DNA of 64,000 bases from Candidatus Rhodoferax odensensis (lineage in GTDB: Bacteria; Pseudomonadota; Gammaproteobacteria; Burkholderiales; Burkholderiaceae_C). Position numbers and translations under genes: made by a program. Under the pieces are notes generated by a model, which saw only the letters and a list, made by a program, of their open reading frames with translations, was not told the DNA's origin and made no database searches. Positions 9,650 through 17,226 of the stretch are shown here, one piece after another (positions within the stretch are counted from its first letter, which is position 1; every line of letters starts with the position of its first letter). Location: NCBI GenBank assembly GCA_016718405.1, contig JADKDJ010000035.1, forward strand, positions 39,972-103,971, read 5' to 3'.

Positions 9650-10603
9650 TCAGGCTCGCCCCGCCAAACGGCGCAGTCGGCTGGCGAGATCGCGCAGGGC
9701 CAGGCGCAGCGGCGCGGGCTCGACAACGGCGAAGTCAAATGGCAGGCGCGCCAGTTGCCGGGCGTACCAATCCAGATCATCAACCTGACTGTGCAGCAGC
9801 ACATCGTCACCCACCGGTTGAAACAGGCCAATCTCGTCAAACAAGGCGGCGCGTGCGTTGGCCAGATCGGTCTTGAGGCGCACGGTGACGGCATGCGCCC
9901 TGGGTAGACTGGCCAGCCCCAAAGCCAGTTGGCGCGCCGCGTCGAAGTTCTGGGGCGGCGTGAAAGTGGCCGACAGGGCCACCGCCGACTTAACCCGGTC
10001 GAGCCTGAATGAACGCAGGCCGGCGCGCAGGTGACAGTACCCCAATGCGTACCACTTGCCGTTGCGCCAGGCCAGGCCGTAACAATCAAACTCCCGATCA
10101 CTGTGCTCCTCCTTGGCAGAGCCATAACGCATCCTGACGCGCTGACGCGCGTGCGCGGCGCCGCTCAGGGTCAGCAGCGCTTCATGGGGCACCGAGGCTC
10201 CGGCACTCTGTACGTCCAACTGCACCGTGCTGGAAAGTGCCCGCAACTTGGCGCGAAGAGTCGCGGGCAGCACACGTTCGAGTTTCACCTGCGCGCTCTG
10301 GGCGCCAGCGCCGCTGGCGGCCACCGGAAACCGCCTGGCAAACAGCAGACCCAGGGACAAGGCCACCGCCTCGTCATCCGTGAACATCATCGGCGGCAGC
10401 TTGGAACCTGGCGTCAGCCGGTACGCACCATAACGACCCCGGTCCGATGCGATGGGGATGCCCAACGCCTGCAGCTTGCTGATGTAACGGCGCAGGGTGC
10501 GTCCATCCACCTCCAGCCGTAGCGCCAAGGCGGTGCCGCTCAGCTCGTCGCGGCTCTGCAGCAGCTCCAGCACGGTGAAGAGGCGGGTGGCGGGGGAAGA
10601 CAT
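9650..10603 (-). CDS. YafY-family transcriptional regulator (HTH + WYL domain)
   Basis: The N-terminal HTH (RLFTVLELLQSRDELSGTALALRLEVDGRTLRRYISKLQALGIPI) and a central WYL-type region (YGLAWRNGKWYALGYCHLRAGLRSFRLDRV) match this family. It is divergent from the LysE gene. Confidence 0.85.
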   Translation of the reverse strand: MSSPATRLFTVLELLQSRDELSGTALALRLEVDGRTLRRYISKLQALGIPIASDRGRYGAYRLTPGSKLPPMMFTDDEAVALSLGLLFARRFPVAASGAGAQSAQVKLERVLPATLRAKLRALSSTVQLDVQSAGASVPHEALLTLSGAAHARQRVRMRYGSAKEEHSDREFDCYGLAWRNGKWYALGYCHLRAGLRSFRLDRVKSAVALSATFTPPQNFDAARQLALGLASLPRAHAVTVRLKTDLANARAALFDEIGLFQPVGDDVLLHSQVDDLDWYARQLARLPFDFAVVEPAPLRLALRDLASRLRRLAGRA

Positions 10604-10705
10604 GCCTCGAGTTTAAGTCGATCCGATTTCAATTAGGGCAAATATTGTCCGCATTCGCTCTTACAGTTCGACGCAACCCTCCCATCGGGGAGACGAAAGG
10701 ACCGC

Positions 10706-11353
10706 ATGTTGAACCAGTTGTTGTTAAGCCAGACCAGTCACCTTTGGCTGTTTGCCCTGATGGTGCTTGGCATCATCGCCCTGCCCGGCATGGACATGGC
10801 CTATGTTGTGGCGAGCGCCATCACGGGTGGGCGCCGCCAGGGTTGGGCGGCGGTGGCCGGCATTGTGGCCGGTGGCCTGGTGCACGTGGCGATGGCCATG
10901 CTCGGACTCGGGCTGCTGCTCAAGCTCTACCCGGCCGCATTCAACACCTTGCTGGTAGCGGGCTCGCTCTACATCGCCTGGATCGGATGGTCCCTATGGC
11001 GCACTGCAGCGGCGTTGGGAGAGGTGGGTACCGTGCCACGGGTGACCGGCGCGCAGGCCTTCTGGCGCGGCGTGATGTCCTGCCTGATGAACCCAAAAGC
11101 CTATGTGTTCATGGTGGCGATCTTTCCGCAGTTTGTCAGACCGGAATACGGCCCACTGCCCACTCAGGCGGTGGCGATGGGTCTGATCATTGCAGCGACC
11201 CAGGTCACCGTCTATGGCGCTTTCGCCTGGGGCGCATGCAACGTGCGGCATTGGCTGCAACACAACCCAAAACGCCAGGTCGCGATTGGGCGGGCAGTGG
11301 GCCTCTTGCTGGTGCCGGCCGCACTGTGGACGCTATGGCACGGGTGGCGATGA
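10706..11353 (+). CDS. LysE family amino-acid translocator
   Basis: 215-aa ORF with six hydrophobic segments. The N-terminus is LysE-like (LPGMDMAYVVASAITGGRRQG). Confidence 0.8.
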   Translation: MLNQLLLSQTSHLWLFALMVLGIIALPGMDMAYVVASAITGGRRQGWAAVAGIVAGGLVHVAMAMLGLGLLLKLYPAAFNTLLVAGSLYIAWIGWSLWRTAAALGEVGTVPRVTGAQAFWRGVMSCLMNPKAYVFMVAIFPQFVRPEYGPLPTQAVAMGLIIAATQVTVYGAFAWGACNVRHWLQHNPKRQVAIGRAVGLLLVPAALWTLWHGWR

Positions 11354-11424
11354 ACACTCTGATAGCCACCCGCCCGGCACCACGACCCCTAGCTACAACC
11401 GCTTTTCTTTAGGAGACTCCCAAC

Positions 11425-11940
11425 ATGCCCTTGTTCGACGTTCCCGCCAGCCTTAGTACCACCTGGCCCGCCGGTGCCCGCGACTTTGACTTTCTGCAGG
11501 GCGAATGGCTCATTTCGCACCGCCGGCTGCGCGAGCGCCTGGTTGGATCAACGCATTGGCTTGAATTCGAGACACCCTTCGTCATGCAAGCCATATTGGG
11601 CGGTCTGGGCAATATTGACCAATGCCGCACCACTGAGGGCGCCTTCTACGAGGGAGTTTCCTTGCGCTTGTTCGACCTAGCCACGGGCACGTGGCATATC
11701 TACTGGATCGACAGCAACGGGGCACGACTCTGCCCACCGGTGGTGGGTGGGTTCAAAGGCTCATTGGGCAGTTTTCATGGCGAAGACACCCACCAGGGCC
11801 AGCCGGTGTTGGTCACTTTCCAGTGGAACCGCGAGGACGCCACCCGGCCAGTCTGGCAACAGGCCTTTTCGGCAGATGGCGGCAACTCCTGGGAAACCAA
11901 TTGGGTCATGCACTTTCGCCGACCCAGCGACGTGCCGTGA
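11425..11940 (+). CDS. conserved hypothetical protein (family not recognised with confidence)
   Basis: 171-aa ORF with coding-like composition, preceded by AGGAGA. I found no diagnostic motif. Confidence 0.6.
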   Translation: MPLFDVPASLSTTWPAGARDFDFLQGEWLISHRRLRERLVGSTHWLEFETPFVMQAILGGLGNIDQCRTTEGAFYEGVSLRLFDLATGTWHIYWIDSNGARLCPPVVGGFKGSLGSFHGEDTHQGQPVLVTFQWNREDATRPVWQQAFSADGGNSWETNWVMHFRRPSDVP

Positions 11941-11989
11941 CCGGCGGACACACGGAGACTCGAAGCGGGCGATCGCCCACCGCGGTCGC

Positions 11990-14014
11990 TTAGGGCCGTG
12001 CTTTGGCCGTCGCGCGCGGCGCGTTGGACTGGCCGGTGATTTCCCGAAAGAACGCGTCAGGCGAAGGCTTGCGTTGAAGAAATGCCTCCACCAGCTCGGC
12101 GGGGTGGCGCTGCCCGCCACTCTCCAGAATCAGCTTGCGGTAACGCGCGCCGACCTTGGTGTCCATCGCATTGGTGCCAAATGCCGAGCGCATGTCCAGC
12201 GCCATCACCTCGGACCACATGTAGCCGTAGTAGCCCGCCTGGTAACCGCCCATCACATGACCAAAGCCCGCTGGCACCAGCGTGCCCGCCTCGTGACCCA
12301 GCGGTGTCTTGCCTTCGAGCTCGATCCACTTCTGCATCGGGTCCACCGTGCCTGGCGTATGCAGTGCCATGTCCCATGCCGAGTAGAGGCGCTGGCGCGC
12401 GTACTGGATGCCCTTACCAAAGGCGCGCGAGGCATTCATGCGCTCGATCAGCTTGGGGTCGATTGGCTTGCAGCTCGCGCAGACCTTGGCGAACAAAGCC
12501 AGCGTCTCGGGGCGGCGCGACCATTCTTCAAACATCTGCGACGGCGCTTCCACGAAGTCACGCTTGACGCCGGTGCCGGCGTTGAGCACATAACGCGTGC
12601 GCGACAACACGCCGTGCAGAATGTGGCCAAACTCGTGGAACAGCGTTTCCAGCTCGTTCTGGTCGAAGCCGTCGCGGTTGAAGTTGGTTACCAACACCGA
12701 GATCGGCGTGCGCTGGGCCGCCAGTGACACGCCACGCACGCCAAACGCGGCAGCGTGTTTGTACTTACCGTCGCGCGGGAACAGGTCCAGGTAGAAGCTG
12801 GACAGGTATTTGCCGCTGCGCGTATCAAACACGTCATAACCGCGCACGTCCTGCTGCCACACCGGCAGATTCTTGTTGGGACGGAACTGCACACCATAAA
12901 GCGTGCTGGTGACCTTCATCATCCAGTCGATGGTGGGGTCGGTCGGAAACTGCGCCCGCACCTCGCTCTGGTCGACGCTGTAGCGCGCCTTTTTGAGGCG
13001 TTGCTGGAAGAACGCCACATCCCAGCGTTTGAGGACCGCGTCCTTCTCGCCCGTCAAGGTAGCCTTCTCGGCGCGCAACTCATCGAGTTCCTTGCGCTCC
13101 AACGCCTCGACCCGGCCCTGCACGTCGTCCAGAAAACGTGTCACAGCGCTCGACTTGCCGGCCATCTTGCGTTTGAGCGACCAATCGGCGTAGCTGGCGT
13201 CACCCATCAATTGCGCCAATTCAAGACGCAACTGAACGGCTTCCTTGAGCAGGTCCAAGTTGGCCTGCCCACCACGCTGCTGAAACGCCGTCCAGAACGC
13301 CTTGCGGGTGCTCTCAACCTGCACGTTGTTCATGATGGCGTCGTACTCGGGGTAGTCCAGCCCGAACAAATAGTTGCCCTGAGCATCCTTGGCGCGGTTG
13401 GTCAGTGCGGCGGGAAGCACACCCGTCAACACCGCCTCCGAAAAGGCGAGCTTGGTGCTCACGTCGCGCACGTTGCGTGAAAAGTCCTGCGACAGCTTGT
13501 CCAGCCGCTCAAAAATCACTTTAGCGCGGGTGCGCTTGTCGACGCTGAGGCTGACGCCGCGCTCCTCGAAGTCGTCCAGAATGCTCTGGCGAGCCATGGC
13601 GTCAATGGGATCGGTGGTGCGCAGCGCCTTGACGCGCTGAAACAAGGCGTCGCTCTGCAGGTACTCATTGGGCAGCGCCGACAACAGCAAATCACACGCT
13701 TCAGCGGCCTTGCGCACGTCGGCGTCGGGGCTGGTTTCCGATAGCAGGCCGACGGGGCCACCAATGTCCTGCAAACCGATATCGAGTTCGTTCCAGGCGC
13801 CCAGCACACTCTTGGCGTTAACTTTGTCCAGCGGCAAGGCTTTAAGCTTGTCGATGCGGGCACGCGCCTGGGCGATGCTCTGATCACACAGCTTGGGGAT
13901 TTCGGCAGCGCTGGGTTGCGCTATGGCGCCGCGTTGCGCCGTAAGCGCGTTGGCACTGGCAAGGGGAAGGACAAGCGCTGCGCAGGCAGCCAACACCGTG
14001 GTTTGAAGCTTCAT
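11990..14014 (-). CDS. M3 family zinc metallopeptidase (Dcp/oligopeptidase-like), secreted
   Basis: ORF 11990..14122. The start is set at ATG 14014 (MKLQTTVLAACAALVLPLASANA, a signal peptide). It has the HEFGH zinc motif and M3-type C-terminal conservation. Confidence 0.9.
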   Translation of the reverse strand: MKLQTTVLAACAALVLPLASANALTAQRGAIAQPSAAEIPKLCDQSIAQARARIDKLKALPLDKVNAKSVLGAWNELDIGLQDIGGPVGLLSETSPDADVRKAAEACDLLLSALPNEYLQSDALFQRVKALRTTDPIDAMARQSILDDFEERGVSLSVDKRTRAKVIFERLDKLSQDFSRNVRDVSTKLAFSEAVLTGVLPAALTNRAKDAQGNYLFGLDYPEYDAIMNNVQVESTRKAFWTAFQQRGGQANLDLLKEAVQLRLELAQLMGDASYADWSLKRKMAGKSSAVTRFLDDVQGRVEALERKELDELRAEKATLTGEKDAVLKRWDVAFFQQRLKKARYSVDQSEVRAQFPTDPTIDWMMKVTSTLYGVQFRPNKNLPVWQQDVRGYDVFDTRSGKYLSSFYLDLFPRDGKYKHAAAFGVRGVSLAAQRTPISVLVTNFNRDGFDQNELETLFHEFGHILHGVLSRTRYVLNAGTGVKRDFVEAPSQMFEEWSRRPETLALFAKVCASCKPIDPKLIERMNASRAFGKGIQYARQRLYSAWDMALHTPGTVDPMQKWIELEGKTPLGHEAGTLVPAGFGHVMGGYQAGYYGYMWSEVMALDMRSAFGTNAMDTKVGARYRKLILESGGQRHPAELVEAFLQRKPSPDAFFREITGQSNAPRATAKARP

Positions 14015-14144
14015 GGCAATCCTGAAATCGGGGGTAGGGATGGGATTGTTCGGACTGGGTCCGTCGTGCCCACGTGGGCCTTCTGGGCGCGTGAGGTGGA
14101 CGCGATTATAGGCAGGGCGCACAAAAAACTTCTGCGCGTGGCGG

Positions 14145-15647
14145 TCAATCCCGTTCGATCCCGCCCACCACGACGCCGCGCAAGAAGGCGACCACCGTCG
14201 AATCCACCCCGATAGCGTCCATCAGCTCGATCGCGCGCACCAGATCGCGCCTGGCGCCCAACTGGTTTTGCAGCGTCACGGCCTGCTGCTGCCAGGCAGC
14301 CGCCCAGGGCTTGTGCCACAACCCGCCCAAGGCCTCGATACCGTAGCGCAAGTGCTTCGCGAGAATGCGCACGCGGTGCTGCCCCAGGGTGTCTTCCTCG
14401 CCCCGGCTCTCGCGCATGGCCCCTCGCAGGCGTTGATGCAGCCGCCGCAGTCGGCGCCGCCCCCAACCGCGCAGGCGAGGGTCCGGTGGCAGCGTCGCCA
14501 CTTGCGGCTGAGCCAAGCCTTCCAGCCACTGAGTGGTCGCCAACAGGCAGGCACCCACGCTGGGCAGCGTGATGGCATGCCGCACCGACTGACGCTGTTG
14601 CCGGGCAGCGTGGGACACCAACCTCAGCATGGCCTGCCAGATCCGTTGGCGCGACGTGCTGCCGCGCACAAAGGCATCGGCCAGCGGCGGCAGCGTATCG
14701 GTCCGAGCCACGTCCAGGTCACGCAGTACGCCCAGGGCCTGACACAGCGGTCGCAACGCCATCCACGTAGGCGCATTGCTGGCGCCCAGAACCGGCTTGA
14801 ACAAGCGTTGCAGGCTCCTGAAGCGGCGCCAACCGACACGGGCCTGGTGCACGACCTCCGGGTCGTCCGAGTGCGCCAGCAGGTGCAGGTTGCTTACGAA
14901 CTGATCAAACGCCTCACCCAGGACACGCTGTGCCGCCTGCACCACGGCAAGATCCGGCGTCAAGCTCGGCGGCCGGGCGCGCCGTGGCGGCAGAGCGCCG
15001 TGCTGTGCCATGGCGTAGGCTCGCTCGGACTTGCTGACGCTGAGGGGCAACACCGCGACGTGCTGGGCAATCTGCCCCGCCAGCGCAAACAGCGCCTGTG
15101 GCGTGCCGGCAAGCAGCTCCAGTTCCAGTTCGCACAAGCGCAGGCGGTGCTTGCCGGCTGCAATGTGACCGCGGTCCAGTGCAACTTCGACCGCACTGCC
15201 ATCGCGCTGGCGCACCACCCAGCAGCTTCGCTCAAAGCTGGACTCGAAACAAGGCACGAGCTGGGCCAACAAGCGTCCGTCTGGGTCGATCTCGCGCCAG
15301 GGCGTAGCCTGCAACGCCAACAAGGACAAAACAGGGCCAGTCACCGGCGTCTCCCACTCGCCACGCTGGCTCAGGGCTGAGTCACCCGCACCCCCTACTT
15401 TGAGTGTCTGCAACCACTGCGGTGCATCTGCGCCACCCACGCGGCGCAGACGCAAGGCCACGCGTAGCTGGCGCAAGGTTTGCGCGGGCGTGTCGTAATA
15501 AACATTGTGCAGGTGCAAGGTGGTCACCTTGCGCCGCGCCAGAGCAGGCACACGCGACAACTGCTGGCGCAGCGCCGCTGAATCGGCGCCGGGCAATGCA
15601 AGCTTAAGCTCGACCTCTTGCGTGGGAAGGATGGACTGGGCGTTCAT
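14145..15647 (-). CDS. CYTH and CHAD domain-containing protein
   Basis: 500-aa ORF. The N-terminal CYTH start (QEVELKLAL) is followed by a long helical Arg/His-rich CHAD-type region. Confidence 0.8.
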   Translation of the reverse strand: MNAQSILPTQEVELKLALPGADSAALRQQLSRVPALARRKVTTLHLHNVYYDTPAQTLRQLRVALRLRRVGGADAPQWLQTLKVGGAGDSALSQRGEWETPVTGPVLSLLALQATPWREIDPDGRLLAQLVPCFESSFERSCWVVRQRDGSAVEVALDRGHIAAGKHRLRLCELELELLAGTPQALFALAGQIAQHVAVLPLSVSKSERAYAMAQHGALPPRRARPPSLTPDLAVVQAAQRVLGEAFDQFVSNLHLLAHSDDPEVVHQARVGWRRFRSLQRLFKPVLGASNAPTWMALRPLCQALGVLRDLDVARTDTLPPLADAFVRGSTSRQRIWQAMLRLVSHAARQQRQSVRHAITLPSVGACLLATTQWLEGLAQPQVATLPPDPRLRGWGRRRLRRLHQRLRGAMRESRGEEDTLGQHRVRILAKHLRYGIEALGGLWHKPWAAAWQQQAVTLQNQLGARRDLVRAIELMDAIGVDSTVVAFLRGVVVGGIERD

Positions 15648-15848
15648 GGTGCTGCCTGCAGGCGCCGCTGAGGAAACGCAGCTTTGCGCAACCCCGACCG
15701 GCGCGCACCATCATAGCGGTCACGGGTTGCAATTGTCCCAGCGCATTTATCCCGACGCAGTTCGCCGCTTTCATCACGGCCATCAGCAACACCTTCACGC
15801 CAACCCAGCTCCGGAGGCGGCGCTGGCCGCAGTCAAGCAGGTCAAGAC

Positions 15849-16110
15849 TCACTCGTAATGCGTCCACATGCGCAGCACGCGAACGGTCTTCTCCTTCTTG
15901 AACACCGCTTACACCAGTTGACGCTGGATGTTGATTCGCCGCGAATCGGCGCCATCCAAGTCCCCAACCAATTTCTAATAGGGTGGGGGAACCTGAAACG
16001 GATCATGGGCGATCAACTCCAGAAGCTCTTGGGCCTTGGGTTTCAAACCGGCGGCCCTGGCGCGAGCCGGTCTGCATTGCCGGAGCAACTTGAGGCCGCC
16101 GCACTGCCAC
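15849..16110 (-). pseudogene. YoeB/Txe-like toxin relic with two in-frame nonsense codons and no cognate antitoxin
   Basis: Minus-strand translation reads AAGLKPKAQELLELIAHDPFQVPPPY*KLVGDLDGADSRRINIQRQLV*AVFKKEKTVRVLRMWTHYE*. This matches the ...PPPYEKLVGDL.G.YSRRINIQHRLVY.V....VKVLRMWTHYE toxin family. A TAG at 15975..15977 and a TAA at 15909..15911 interrupt it. The N-terminal part is degenerate. Confidence 0.65.
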
Positions 16111-16133
16111 TACGGAAGGCACGCGATGACCGC

Positions 16134-16154
16134 GATACGGTAAAATGCCGTATC
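16134..16154. promoter_or_regulatory. inverted repeat GATACGG-N7-CCGTATC, candidate TacA operator
   Basis: A perfect 7-bp inverted repeat ends 7 nt before the TacA ATG, next to an A7 run. Autoregulatory operators are usual for type II TA modules. Confidence 0.4.
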
Positions 16155-16160
16155 AAAAAA

Positions 16161-16442
16161 ATGGAGCGTCCCATGACCGCCACCGCCCGATTTGATCTCA
16201 AGCTTGACGCCAGCGACAAGGACATCTTCCTGCGCGCCGCAACGCTGGTGGGCACGTCCATGGCCGGATTTGTTCGCGCGGCAGCCAAGGAGAAGGCCTT
16301 GGCACTGCTGGACGAGCAGTCAAGGGTCACCCTTTCTCAACGTGACTTCGCTGCGTTCAGCGCGGCCATCAATAACGCATTTGCACCGAATCCCGCGCTC
16401 AAGGGCGCCCTGGCAGCGGCCAAGCGGGTCAAACGTGTTTGA
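16161..16442 (+). CDS. tacA: DUF1778 (TacA-type) antitoxin
   Basis: In-frame ATG 16161 within ORF 15858..16442. The sequence RFDLKLDASDKDIFLRAATLVGTSMAGFVRAAAKEKALALL is typical of DUF1778 RHH antitoxins. Confidence 0.85.
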   Translation: MERPMTATARFDLKLDASDKDIFLRAATLVGTSMAGFVRAAAKEKALALLDEQSRVTLSQRDFAAFSAAINNAFAPNPALKGALAAAKRVKRV

Positions 16443-16917
16443 AGAACATGCGCTGAACGCCTCGCTGCATGACCGCGCAGGCTTCTGCTGCGGTGTGCCA
16501 GAGCTTGACGACTACCTACACCGCTACGCGCTGCAACACACGCGCAAAGGCGTCACGACGGTGCATGTTCTGGTGAACTCGAAAGCCCCGCACGTGATCC
16601 TGGGCTACTACAGCCTGAGCGCGGCGCAGGTCGATGTGACGCAATTGAACGAGCGCGACCAGAAGAAGTTGCCGCGCTACCCGGTGCCCTGCTTTCGCAT
16701 GGGCCGCCTGGCCTGCCACGCCGATCAGCGCGGACGCGGCTTAGGCAAGATACTGATCGGCTGCGCCGTGGAGCGCTGTCTGCAGGCACGCAAACAAGTC
16801 GCCGCCTTCGCACTGATTGTGGATGCCAAGGGCATTGAGGCCAAGCGCTTCTATCTACACTACGGCTTCACCGCCTGCGCCGATTCGCCGATGACACTGT
16901 ACCTGCCGTTGGGGTGA
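16435..16917 (+). CDS. tacT: GNAT-family acetyltransferase toxin (TacT-type)
   Basis: GTG 16435 overlaps the TacA stop (16440..16442). The sequences LSAAQVDVTQL..KLPRYPVPCFRMGRLACHADQRGRGLGKILI and FYLHYGF are typical of TacT toxins. Confidence 0.85.
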   Translation: MFEEHALNASLHDRAGFCCGVPELDDYLHRYALQHTRKGVTTVHVLVNSKAPHVILGYYSLSAAQVDVTQLNERDQKKLPRYPVPCFRMGRLACHADQRGRGLGKILIGCAVERCLQARKQVAAFALIVDAKGIEAKRFYLHYGFTACADSPMTLYLPLG

Positions 16918-17226
16918 ATCCACGGCAACGCGGGCACTGAGGATCTGCCCCTTTCTCGCGCAGACTGGGCTACACACGAAGCAGATATATGGCGACAGCA
17001 AGTGCCCCGACACAGAGTGGAGTTGCGGCGATGGGAAAACCGACTGCCAGGAGTCGCCGCTGCACCAGCAAGGACCAGACACCGCCGCTAAAGCAGGCCG
17101 CATGGATCGCGTCGAACACGATCCCGACTGTGCAATCCGTCGGGTCGCCAAGCAACCCCCACGATGGAATCCATGCGACCCGAAGGTGTGTGCATCGCAG
17201 TCTGTTTGCGCCAACTGCTACGCCTA

